Assembly (NCBI GenBank): GCA_963723235.1
Contig: CAVRPV010000017.1
Coordinates: 17,084-81,083 of the forward strand
Source: an uncultured delta proteobacterium
Lineage (GTDB): Bacteria > Desulfobacterota > WTBG01 > CAIYCZ01 > CAIRTM01
DNA: 64,000 bases
Direction: 5' to 3'
Both the position numbers and the translations under genes were made by a program. Positions within the stretch are counted from its first letter, which is position 1. Each line of letters begins with the position of its first letter. The notes under the pieces were generated by a model. It was not told the DNA's origin. It ran no database searches and was given only the letters and a program-made list of their open reading frames with translations. Below are positions 38,332 to 47,784 of this stretch, in pieces.

Positions 38332-39306
38332 TGTTTGTTACTCCTGTACGCCGCCGCCAACAGTCCCGCAAACAGGACAAGGGGCGCGATCATTCCTTTG
38401 TACAGCGTATGCTGCAGACCTTCGCTGATCGCCGAATTCGGCACATCTCCCACCGTGGGAAGCCCGAGCTTTTCAAACGGCACGTTGCCCAGTATCATCA
38501 CCTGCGTGCCGCCCAGCTCTTTTTCACCGTATACGCTCGCGTTATACGCTTTGATTACCTGCTTGGCCGAGGAGTGCCTGCTCTCAATGTGGCCGATCGG
38601 GTAGTCGTGCCAGTCTCCGGGCTTCAGCGCCAGGCGCCTGTGGGCCTCATCCAGCAGCTTGTCGCGCGGGCCGAAAAGCGCCGCCCCGGTCGGGCAGCTC
38701 TGGCAGCAGGCCGCATAGCAGTCAACGCCCGTGTAGGTGCTTTTGCACAGTTCGCATTTCGTGATCCGGGGGAATGCCTTGTTCCACTCGAAGCGGGGAA
38801 CGACGAACGGGCAGGCGACAAAACAGTACCGGCAGCCGATGCATGCGTACTTGTTCCAGCTCACGATGCCCGTGTCCGGATCCTTCGTAAAGGCCGACAC
38901 CGGGCATGCCGACACGCATGCCGGATCGATGCAGTGCATGCACTGTTTTTTCATCAAACCGGGCGTGCCGTTTGCGTCCTTATGAATCTGAATAACAGTG
39001 TAGTTTTCAGGCGACAGGTCCTCCTGCTTGTCCCATATGCCGGGAGCCGTTTCTGAAGGCTGTCCGCCTCCTCCCGGCGCTCCGGCGTTCGTGGTGTCGG
39101 CCTCGATGCCGTTGCGCACCTTACAGGCGGCGCTGCAAGCCCGGCAGCCGATGCAGAGGGTAGAGTCGTACAGGATACCGATGGCCTCTTCAGGCACGTT
39201 TCTTGGTTTCGCGGGGTCCGAACGCATGACATGGCTTGGCGCCGGCCGCGATCAGAGTTCCGCCCGCTACAACTTTCATAAATCCCCGTCGTGAGGTATT
39301 ATCCAT
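38328..39306 (-). pseudogene. hybA: Hydrogenase 4Fe-4S ferredoxin-type subunit (HybA-like) with a Tat signal, apparent +1 frameshift near 39228-39245
   Basis: The ATG at 39306 has AAGGAG 8 nt upstream and encodes 'MDNTSRRGFMKVVAGGTLIAAGA' (Tat signal). The main ORF continues '...MRSDPAKP...CIGCRACSAACK' in another frame, with several CxxCxxC clusters and a C-terminal TM segment. Span is 979 nt (3n+1). Confidence 0.85.
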
Positions 39307-39327
39307 GAGACTTTCTCCTTACCACGA

Positions 39328-40440
39328 TCATTCGGGATGCTTTTCCGCCGTCGTATCGGCGGAAGCTTTTTTAAGGTTTTTTGCAACCACCGCGCTCGCT
39401 CCAAGTATCGCACCCACACCGGCGCCAAGAACCGCCGCCGCGCCGAGGGTCACCGGGGTGCCCTTTGCGGCATCCACTGCGGGGTAACCCGGACCGGCGG
39501 TCGGCTGCTGAACCTTGGCCTGCGTGAAGAGCGGAATGTTAAAGCCGACATGCTGCTCGGAGCAGCCGAAACAGGGATGCCCCGTACCCACAGGCCATGA
39601 ACTGGATCCGGCGTCGCCGTAGTGCTGTGTCGGACAGTTATTGTACGTCTCGGGACCTTTGCAGCCGATCTGGTAGAGACAATAGCCCTTGCGGTGGCCC
39701 TCATCCCCGAACTCATAGGCAAAGCGCCCTGCATCAAAATGCGGGCGGCGCTCGCAGTTCTCGTGTATGAGCCGGCCATAGGCGAATTTCGGGCGGAGCT
39801 TAGCGTCCAGCTCGGGAAGCTTGTTAAAGGTCAGATAATACATGACCGTCGAGACAAAATTATACGGGTTGGCAGGACAGCCGGGGAGATTGATCACAGG
39901 AACCTTCATGTCCTTGAGGACTACGTAAGCCGGCGTAGCGCCGGTCGGATTCGGTTCGGCCGAAGCCACCCCGCCCCACGAGGCGCAGGATCCGATGGCG
40001 ATAACTGCCGCCGCGTGCTGAGCGGTATCTTTCACGATGTCCACAAAGGTTTTACCGCCAATCTTGCAGTAAATGCCGCCGTCCTTCAAAGGAATCGCAC
40101 CCTCTACGACCAGCAGAAACTTCCCCTTGTTCTGCTCAATCGCCGCTTGCATGGCTTCTTCGGCCAGATAGCCGGAAGGCGTACTGAGCGTCTCGGAGTA
40201 GTCAAGCGATATTTTTTCAAGAATCAATGTTTCAAGCGTGGGAGAGTTCAGGCGCAGCAGGGACTCCACACAGCCTGTGCATTCCTGACCTGAAATCCAG
40301 ATCACACTGGGCCGCCTGGCGGATTCGGCCGCCTCAGCGATCTTCACGCCCAGGGCAGCCGGAAGTCCCATGTAAACGGCCATCGCCGAACAGTACTTCA
40401 GAAAATCCCTTCGGTTAATTCCCAATGCATCGATGTTCAC
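39328..40440 (-). CDS. hybO: [NiFe] hydrogenase small subunit with a Tat signal peptide
   Basis: GTG start with a GAGGAG RBS. It has 'INRRDFLKYC' (twin-arginine), conserved FeS cysteines and a C-terminal TM anchor. Confidence 0.93.
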   Translation of the reverse strand: MNIDALGINRRDFLKYCSAMAVYMGLPAALGVKIAEAAESARRPSVIWISGQECTGCVESLLRLNSPTLETLILEKISLDYSETLSTPSGYLAEEAMQAAIEQNKGKFLLVVEGAIPLKDGGIYCKIGGKTFVDIVKDTAQHAAAVIAIGSCASWGGVASAEPNPTGATPAYVVLKDMKVPVINLPGCPANPYNFVSTVMYYLTFNKLPELDAKLRPKFAYGRLIHENCERRPHFDAGRFAYEFGDEGHRKGYCLYQIGCKGPETYNNCPTQHYGDAGSSSWPVGTGHPCFGCSEQHVGFNIPLFTQAKVQQPTAGPGYPAVDAAKGTPVTLGAAAVLGAGVGAILGASAVVAKNLKKASADTTAEKHPE

Positions 40441-40569
40441 TGGCTTCTCCTCACCGTTAGAGTGGTTACATTAGGGCTGTTGTTTTGCGTCATGTATAGG
40501 GCAGGGTTTTAGCAGGGGGTTTAGTGGTTTATATTGTCTTGCGCGCTTGTGCTTTGCACGCTTTTCACA

Positions 40570-40598
40570 ATTATAAAAACAATCTGCTTGTGTGTCAA
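40570..40598 (-). promoter_or_regulatory. Consensus sigma70-type promoter of the hydrogenase operon
   Basis: The minus strand reads TTGACA (40593-40598), exactly 17 nt, then TATAAT (40570-40575). This implies a leader of about 120 nt before the GTG at 40440. Confidence 0.65.
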
Positions 40599-40642
40599 CA
40601 AAAAAACACAAAAGAATTGCCCGGAATGCGGGTCCGGGACTG

Positions 40643-41677
40643 CTAGTGTCCCTGAGCATCAGTCAAAAGCATCACAGTACTCTGGCAGGCGGCAAGGGCG
40701 TCAACCACGCTGGGATCAAACTGCGTTCCGCGGCCCTTCAAAATTCGGCGCATGGCCTCATCGTGCGGCAGTGCCGCACGGTACACCCGGTTCGTGGTAA
40801 TGGCATCATAGGTATCTGCCACGGCAACAATGCGGGCTGACAGGGGTATGGCATCACCGCTGAGTCCACTGGGGTAGCCTTTGCCGTCCCAGCGCTCATG
40901 ATGACTGTAGGCGATCTGCTTGCCCAGGGTAAAGAACGACCGTCCGTCCATGCGCTTCTCGACAGACTCAAGGGCATCGCCCCCCAGCAGGGTATGCGCC
41001 TTGACAGACTGAAATTCCTCCTCGGTGAGTCGCTCCGGCTTGAGCAGAATCGCATCGGATACGCCCACCTTGCCGATGTCGTGCAGCACCGATGACAGGA
41101 CAAGGTCTTCAACATATTCATCGGTAATATAGCTATCCATGGGCGGGGTGCGGCGGAGTTCCTCGGCCAGGATCCTGCACAGCTGGCTGACCCGCTGCAG
41201 ATGCAGCCCGGTGTCACGGTCGCGATATTCTGAAAGGGTTGCCATGCCAAGCACGGTCTCAGTGCGGGCTTTCTGCAGTTTTTCATTGGCTGCGCTTATT
41301 TCAGCATTGAGCTTCACAAGCCGTGCCTGCTCAATCTGGATTTTTCCATGTTGCTTGCCGACCAGCGCACCGGCAAGAATCAGAAAGCAACCCCAGGTAA
41401 GCACATAATGAATGATCTGCACGATGCCCTGAGGAGTCTGAAACTGCGCAGGGGAAAGAACGGCGTACAACACAACCACGCACACGCAGAATACGGCACC
41501 GGGCACGGACAACCGCACACCGACATAATAACCAGCCAGGATGACCGGAAGGAAAAAGAAGTTCAGGAAGGAAATACTATTGGGCGCATAATAGGTGATA
41601 AGAGCAGCTGCAATGACGCTGGTCAGGATAAAAATCTTTTCAAAGTTGCCGCGCAGTAATTGGACTGGTTTTGCCAA
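40643..41677 (-). CDS. Membrane-anchored HD-GYP domain protein (putative c-di-GMP phosphodiesterase)
   Basis: N-terminal TM helices and a coiled coil, then 'HDIGKVGV' and 'HHERWDGKGYP'. Confidence 0.88.
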   Translation of the reverse strand: MAKPVQLLRGNFEKIFILTSVIAAALITYYAPNSISFLNFFFLPVILAGYYVGVRLSVPGAVFCVCVVVLYAVLSPAQFQTPQGIVQIIHYVLTWGCFLILAGALVGKQHGKIQIEQARLVKLNAEISAANEKLQKARTETVLGMATLSEYRDRDTGLHLQRVSQLCRILAEELRRTPPMDSYITDEYVEDLVLSSVLHDIGKVGVSDAILLKPERLTEEEFQSVKAHTLLGGDALESVEKRMDGRSFFTLGKQIAYSHHERWDGKGYPSGLSGDAIPLSARIVAVADTYDAITTNRVYRAALPHDEAMRRILKGRGTQFDPSVVDALAACQSTVMLLTDAQGH

Positions 41678-41905
41678 ACAGCACCTCGCCTTTCACGTCG
41701 TACGTCTCTACACAGTTGGGCCCGCTCGGAGCCTCATCATTTTCAAAGCGATCACCGCCCTATCTACTGAACCGCCGCAAAGCCCGGCGCATAATGTAAT
41801 AATCTTAAGTCGCGGTATGCCCTTCAGTCAAATAAAAAAAAACCGCGGCAGGACAATACTCCCGGCCTTTCCAGCCACGAATGAGAAGCACTTCTGCAAC
41901 GCACG

Positions 41906-43180
41906 TTAATTGGTCCGCTGCAGATTCGAAACAGTGAACATGTCCTCATTAATGGTTGGAACCGAGATAGCAGGCGCTGTCGTCTTCTGCTGATTAGAGA
42001 TGCCGGAATGCACACGCTGAAGATCAAAAAAATGCGTGCCCACAATCACCGGTTTCATAACACCGGTTTCGGTCTTCAGCGGCTGTGTGCTGTTAAAACA
42101 AAATCTCCAGTAGCGGCCCTGTTTGTCGTACATCTCGCTCCACATGATATAGTATGTTTCAGGGTCAAGGTACCAGACGCGCTTGCCATATACGTATTCG
42201 GAGTCTTTACTGACTGCATCGACAACCAGCAGGTTGCAGCGCTCAAAGCTCATGCCGTTTGCAAACGACTGGCCGGACTCTTGTTTGGTCTGCCCCATCC
42301 CGTCATGCCGGGCGGTCAACATATCTTTTTTACCCCGATACGCATAGGTATTGCGCAGCAATTGGCCGTCCCACAGGTATTCATCATCGTAGATAAGGTT
42401 TGAGCCGTCAATCGCGTCTGTTCTCTGCGAGGTTGACACGCGCCGGATACGGCGAAACTGGTTGTACCACAGATACGAATCATCTTCCTTCGTCTGGTCA
42501 ATATAGCGCAGCGTGTACATGCGCGTATTCAAAAATTCCGGGGGAAGGTACATGTGCAAAAACATGCCGCGTCGGTATCCTTTGGGGTTATTCCCAATCG
42601 CCGGCTTGGGGTCAAGCTCAGTGCGGTTAACAAAATAGAACTCCCAGTATTCCTGGTCGGATACGCGCTCGCTTTTGTTTTTCGGGTTAATATTAGGAGA
42701 ATATCTTCGATAATGGTAGGTATCTCCCCGGTTCTGCATTTCAAAGTTCCAGGCTATTTTCATGGCGTCCTGACCGGGGTCCATGAACAGCCGGCCGGCA
42801 AGTTCGCCGATATTGGCAATAGTGCCGTCCGGGGCAAGCTGGGCCTTGCCTGCATTCGCCCGGCTGGCAGCAACAAAGCCGGGGGTTTCCGGAACAAACT
42901 CATACGGCCTGATCATAAAATAATAGCCTTCAGACGGAGCGCCCCACTGCGCAGGGTTTTTCATGATCCCAACCAGCGCATCCGGCAGGAACTGGGCAAC
43001 CTGATCGACATTGTTCTGGTCGATCTTTTTACCAGCCCAGATTTTCTCCCACTCGCGCACTCCGGCAAGCTCGGCATCAGTATAAGCCCGCTGCATGTCC
43101 TGAGCCTGCGCATGGGCTGACAGTGCAAAAAAGAGCAGACAGGCACATGCCATTATTATTGTAGTAACTCTTTTGCTCAT
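41906..43180 (-). CDS. Secreted protein, tentatively DUF1329/LolA-like ('outer-membrane lipoprotein-sorting' family)
   Basis: 424 aa with a signal peptide 'ACACLLFFALSAHAQAQ'. The family call comes from recalled overall resemblance only. Confidence 0.45.
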   Translation of the reverse strand: MSKRVTTIIMACACLLFFALSAHAQAQDMQRAYTDAELAGVREWEKIWAGKKIDQNNVDQVAQFLPDALVGIMKNPAQWGAPSEGYYFMIRPYEFVPETPGFVAASRANAGKAQLAPDGTIANIGELAGRLFMDPGQDAMKIAWNFEMQNRGDTYHYRRYSPNINPKNKSERVSDQEYWEFYFVNRTELDPKPAIGNNPKGYRRGMFLHMYLPPEFLNTRMYTLRYIDQTKEDDSYLWYNQFRRIRRVSTSQRTDAIDGSNLIYDDEYLWDGQLLRNTYAYRGKKDMLTARHDGMGQTKQESGQSFANGMSFERCNLLVVDAVSKDSEYVYGKRVWYLDPETYYIMWSEMYDKQGRYWRFCFNSTQPLKTETGVMKPVIVGTHFFDLQRVHSGISNQQKTTAPAISVPTINEDMFTVSNLQRTN

Positions 43181-43273
43181 AGTCCTTTACTCCCCTAGAG
43201 GCTAATCTTTAAAAATAATACCCTATACAATCGGAATCCACAAGTCGACCGCAACCACCAAGGAAACAGCCTG

Positions 43274-44656
43274 TCAAAAAATCTTTCCGGGATTGAGCGT
43301 TCCGCGCGGATCAAAGGCCTGCTTGATGCGCCGGTACAGCTCTATTTCCTCCGGGCTCTTGGCCATGCCAAGGTACTCCCGCCGGATGCAGCCGATACCA
43401 TGCTCGCCGGTAATGGTCCCTCCGTGGGCGATGGCCTGGCTGTATATTTCGCGCTTCAGCTCAGGCAGCATTGCATGCCATTGATCGTCAGGCATGCTGT
43501 CCTTCAATACATCTATATGCACGTTACCGTCACCGGCATGACCGAACATGACTGAGCGCAGCGAGCGGGTGCGCAAATAATCTTTGAGATTCCCGAGAAA
43601 CTCAGCGATCTCACCGCGCGGCACAACGCAGTCCTCGGCCAGAAACACCGGGCTTTCCGCGCGCAGGGCCTCGCGGATCGAGCGCCGCCCCTTCCACAGA
43701 CGCTCCTGCTGCAGCGCGGTCTGGGCGACAAAAACACTCTCGCCCTCAATGCCGCAGGCAGAGGCAATCGCCTCAAGGGTTTCATGGCAGGCCTGCTGAG
43801 TTGAGCCTTCAACCTGCAGCAAAAGATGCGCCCCGGCATCAGCGCAGGGCATGGCCTGCCCCAGATGCGCGGCAACCAGACGAATGGCGTCCTGCTCCAT
43901 AAATTCTATCGTCGCCGGAATGATGCCGTGCTGCAAAAGCGCGCTCACCGCGGCAACCGCGCCATCAAGGTCAACGAACGGCAGCAGCAGATCAACGCTG
44001 CAGGCGGGCGCGGGCACAAGCCGCAGAAAAATTTTCGTAATAACGGCCAGGGTGCCTTCCGAGCCCGTCAGAATGCCGCAGATATTATAGCCGGTCGCGT
44101 TTTTTACGTATTTGCCGCCGCTGGTAATAATACTGCCGTCAGCCAGGACAAACTCGAGGCCGGTCACATAATGACCGGTAATGCCATACTTGACCGCGCG
44201 CGGCCCGCCCGCATTTTCGGCCACATTACCGCCGATTGAGCAGGTATCAAGGCTGGCCGGATCAGGCGGATATAAAAGCTGATGCTCACTCGCGGCTTTT
44301 TGAATGTCAGCGGTAATGGCGCCGGGCTCCACAACCGCGATCAAATTGCGCGCGTCGATTTCAAGTATACGGTTCAACCGCTCCATTGACAGCACAATGC
44401 CGCCATTGACTGCAACAGAGCCGCCGGTCACACCGGTACCGGCACCGCGCGGTGTTACCGGAACATTGTGCTGATTGCAGATTTTTAAAACCGCGGCAAC
44501 GTCCTCTGCCGACTGCGCGCGCACGACACAATCGGGCCGGGCAACAAGATTGATAGTCTCATCCCGGGCATAGCTCTCAAGCACGTCAGGATCAATTGCG
44601 ACCCGTCCGGGCAAGGCCGTTTGCAGCATGTTAATAACAACAGCAATTGGTTTCAT
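43274..44656 (-). CDS. FAD-linked oxidase (GlcD-like glycolate/D-lactate dehydrogenase family)
   Basis: 460 aa with the FAD_binding_4 motif 'PRGAGTGVTGGS' and the C-terminal 'GEHGIG...LNPGKI'. Confidence 0.88.
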   Translation of the reverse strand: MKPIAVVINMLQTALPGRVAIDPDVLESYARDETINLVARPDCVVRAQSAEDVAAVLKICNQHNVPVTPRGAGTGVTGGSVAVNGGIVLSMERLNRILEIDARNLIAVVEPGAITADIQKAASEHQLLYPPDPASLDTCSIGGNVAENAGGPRAVKYGITGHYVTGLEFVLADGSIITSGGKYVKNATGYNICGILTGSEGTLAVITKIFLRLVPAPACSVDLLLPFVDLDGAVAAVSALLQHGIIPATIEFMEQDAIRLVAAHLGQAMPCADAGAHLLLQVEGSTQQACHETLEAIASACGIEGESVFVAQTALQQERLWKGRRSIREALRAESPVFLAEDCVVPRGEIAEFLGNLKDYLRTRSLRSVMFGHAGDGNVHIDVLKDSMPDDQWHAMLPELKREIYSQAIAHGGTITGEHGIGCIRREYLGMAKSPEEIELYRRIKQAFDPRGTLNPGKIF

Positions 44657-44789
44657 GTCAGCGTATCTTTAAGTTCCCTTATATACATCTCCGCCCTGAC
44701 CGGGCACCAAGCGTACAATTTTAAAATTGCTTAAAGTATATCATCTATGCTTATAATAGGAAAATACAATTGTGCTCGCAGGGATATGT

Positions 44790-45827
44790 ATGGCAGCGAT
44801 GACAACAATCTCACCAGCAGCACTTGCGGCTTTCCGGCGCGCTGTTCCCCAGCTGCTTGTTTTTACCAATGAGAAATTCAAGCTGGAAAGCACGTACGCC
44901 CGGGAAGAGGCAAGCGCGGTCAATGCGGCCCATATTGAGCAGTTCAACCGCGACCTGGCCGGTTTACTCAACGGGGTGTATGCATTTGACCTGTTCGGCA
45001 ATCTGGACGGTGAATTCGTGCGCCTGGCAGGTATCCTGACTGCACACGGGGCAGGCAGAGGCATTGTCGAAGCCGGACTCAAGGCCTGGATCATGGCGCT
45101 GCAGACCCTGATCAAACGGCCTGAATCCGAAGAGCTCAGCGCACCCCTCATCAGTTTGTTCCAGCGTATCACCAGCCTGTGGGCCCGCGCTGAAGTCACG
45201 CCCCCGCAGCTTGAGGGCCCGGCCCTGCGCCTGCATGACTACCTGCTCGACCGCAACCGCAAATTTGCAGCAGAAACAGTGCTTGAACTGCTGCGCAACG
45301 GAGCAAGCATTGAGCAGGCCTATCAGGGCACGCTGCTGCCGGCCCTGCTGAACATTCAGCTCAAGCAGCGTCAGGGCAGCATCAGCACTGCACAGGAACA
45401 GGCGGCCGCTGATATCTGCCGCTACATCATGTACCGGGTGCTTGACAGCATTTTCAATGAGCGCCGCCTGCCGTTTAAAATTCTGGCAGTCTGCATGCCT
45501 GCCGATCAGGACCCCGGCGCGGAGCTCTTTGCCAATTACCTTGAAATGCAGGGCTGGTCAATGCTGTGCATGCGCGAATCACATGCGCACGATGAGATTG
45601 TCCGGGCGGCCGCGTCATTTGAGCCGCACATCATAGTGCTCTCAGCCGCGTCAATCCAGAGCCTGCCCGCAGCCGTTGAACTGGCCGCAATCATCAGGCA
45701 GACATACCCGCAGACACGTATTGCCTTTGAAGGCCGGGCGGCACTGCTGGCCCGCGAACGACTCGGCCCCTATGCCGATGCGATCGTCATCGGCTTTGAA
45801 AATGGCCAACGCAAATCAGAGGAGTAG
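44790..45827 (+). CDS. Protein with B12-binding_2 plus B12-binding-like domains that lack the canonical His ligand motif
   Basis: The C-terminal Rossmann-like segment is 'KILAVCMPADQDPGAELFANYLEMQGWSMLCM...PHIIVLSA'. Where DxHxxG is expected it reads 'DQDPG', and 'EQAAAD' sits where 'EH.A' is usual. Confidence 0.45.
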   Translation: MAAMTTISPAALAAFRRAVPQLLVFTNEKFKLESTYAREEASAVNAAHIEQFNRDLAGLLNGVYAFDLFGNLDGEFVRLAGILTAHGAGRGIVEAGLKAWIMALQTLIKRPESEELSAPLISLFQRITSLWARAEVTPPQLEGPALRLHDYLLDRNRKFAAETVLELLRNGASIEQAYQGTLLPALLNIQLKQRQGSISTAQEQAAADICRYIMYRVLDSIFNERRLPFKILAVCMPADQDPGAELFANYLEMQGWSMLCMRESHAHDEIVRAAASFEPHIIVLSAASIQSLPAAVELAAIIRQTYPQTRIAFEGRAALLARERLGPYADAIVIGFENGQRKSEE

Positions 45828-45878
45828 GCGTTTCCGTACGCTGATTGAGATACTTCGCTGCAGAGGAACAGGCATAAC

Positions 45879-47000
45879 ATGCGCAGCATCGTCGCTTTAA
45901 AAATTCTCCTGTATGACAAGGCAACCACGGCCGGCTCCCTGATCGGTGTTATCGCCATCGTGTTCCTGGTCGGCCAGCAACTGGCGGTATTGTTCGGACT
46001 ATTTTCCTACATGTCCGTGCTGGTTGACCACAGCGCTGCTGATATCTGGATCTGCAGTAAAAACACCAACAACATCAATGCCACCGACACCCTGCCGGAG
46101 CGCTATGCCGACCGCATCAGCGGCCTGGCGTTTATTGCATGGGCCGAACCTGTTCTGTTCGGCAACGCAACGTTTATCACCCGTGACGGAAAGGCCGAAT
46201 CGCTGCAGGTTGTAGGCCTGCAGCCATCCAGCCGCGCGCTGTGGCCCTGGCGCTTTCATGAGGGCAGTGTCGATGACATGCTCCAGAATGAGGGCCTGAC
46301 CCTGGAAAAGCTTGACCTTAACATATACGGCAACCCTGCGGTCGGCGACGTGTTCGAGGTCAACGATATGCGCGTACGCATCAGCGCAATCACCCAGAGC
46401 ATCAAGGGCTTTTCCGGCAGGCTGGCCTTTACCAACGTGGTTAAAGCCCGCAAAATTCTCAAGGCAACGCCCGGGCGCTGCAAAGCGGTCGTGGTTAAGC
46501 TGAAGCCGGGCATACCGATTGAAGAGGCGATTGCCGGCATACAGGCTGTGCTGCCGGACACGGAAGTCATGTCAAGCGCCCAGCTCTCGGCCCGCACGCG
46601 TATCTATTACCTCAAAAATACCGGCATGGGAGGCAGCTTCGGCTTTTCAACCCTGATCGGCGCTTTGGTCGGCATCATTATCATCACGCTCACGATGTAT
46701 ACCGGGGTGCTGCAGCGCCAGAAGGACTTTGCCGTGCTGCGTGCCCTGGGCGCCCGCAAAAGCGATATTTTCGTCATTGTACTGTGCCAGTCGCTGATCA
46801 TCGCCCTGGTGGGGATTTTTATCGGATTTTTGCTGCTGGGCTCGTTTCTCAACGGCACGGTTGACACAAACCTGCCGGTATACATGCCGCGCCAGATTGC
46901 GCCGATGCTGGCCCTGGGAACGCTGCTGCTGTGCATGCTGGGTTCCGTTCTGGCTGTGCGCAAAGCCATCAGCGTTGAACCGGCATCGGTATTCAGATAA
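45879..47000 (+). CDS. ABC exporter permease (FtsX/DevC-like)
   Basis: 373 aa with an N-terminal TM segment, a large periplasmic loop and a C-terminal FtsX-type 3-TM bundle. Confidence 0.85.
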   Translation: MRSIVALKILLYDKATTAGSLIGVIAIVFLVGQQLAVLFGLFSYMSVLVDHSAADIWICSKNTNNINATDTLPERYADRISGLAFIAWAEPVLFGNATFITRDGKAESLQVVGLQPSSRALWPWRFHEGSVDDMLQNEGLTLEKLDLNIYGNPAVGDVFEVNDMRVRISAITQSIKGFSGRLAFTNVVKARKILKATPGRCKAVVVKLKPGIPIEEAIAGIQAVLPDTEVMSSAQLSARTRIYYLKNTGMGGSFGFSTLIGALVGIIIITLTMYTGVLQRQKDFAVLRALGARKSDIFVIVLCQSLIIALVGIFIGFLLLGSFLNGTVDTNLPVYMPRQIAPMLALGTLLLCMLGSVLAVRKAISVEPASVFR

Positions 47001-47060
47001 GCGGCTGCTACAGCGTTACAAAACGTACGATACACAACTGCACGTAGGAATAAACTGAAA

Positions 47061-47784
47061 ATGCCTGAGCCCATTTTAAAACTGTCCGGGATTGCGCGCG
47101 ACTTCTACGACGGCCGCTCCTTGCGCCGCGTGCTTGAAAAAACCGATCTGGATATTTATCCGGGCGAGTTCACCATTCTGGCCGGCCCGTCGGGCAGCGG
47201 CAAAACAACGCTGCTGACCATCATGGGCCTGATACTCAAGCCCTCTGAAGGCACCATCGCCATCCGCGGCAAAACGGTCAGCGGCATTTCCGAGAGCGGC
47301 CTGGCATCCATCAGGCTGCACAACTACGGCTTTGTGTTTCAGCTGGCTGAACTGCTGCCCGCACTGAGCGTGATGGAAAACATTATTGTTGCAAGCGGCA
47401 TACAGGGCCGCCGTGTTCCAGCCAGCCTGCGCAAGCGCGCCCAGGACCTGCTTGACGGATTCGGACTCGCCGACATGCATGCATCTGCGCCCTTTGCAGC
47501 TTTCCGGCGGCCAGAAACAGCGTGTTGCCATCGTACGCGCCCTTGTCAATGAACCGGCCGTGCTGCTGTGCGATGAGCCGACCTCGGCCCTGGACTCAGA
47601 ATCAAGCAGCATCGTGCTGGATTCACTGAAAAAACTTTCCCGCGACACAACCCGCGCCATGATCATGGTAACCCATGACCCGCGCGTGTTTCCCTTTGCC
47701 GACCGGCTGATAAAAATTGAAAACGGAACAATCGTCTCCGACACGCGCGCAATCGACCAACCCATATCTGGAGAGCCGCACTGA
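47061..47784 (+). pseudogene. ABC transporter ATP-binding protein (DevA/LolD-like), with a frameshift at a GCAT tandem duplication (47475-47484)
   Basis: Walker A is 'GPSGSGKTTLL' in frame 3. 'LSGGQKQRVAIVRAL' and 'LLCDEPTSALD' are in frame 1. Removing one GCAT unit from 'GACATGCATGCATCTG' restores '...GLADMHLRPLQLSGGQ'. Span is 724 nt (3n+1). Confidence 0.88.
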
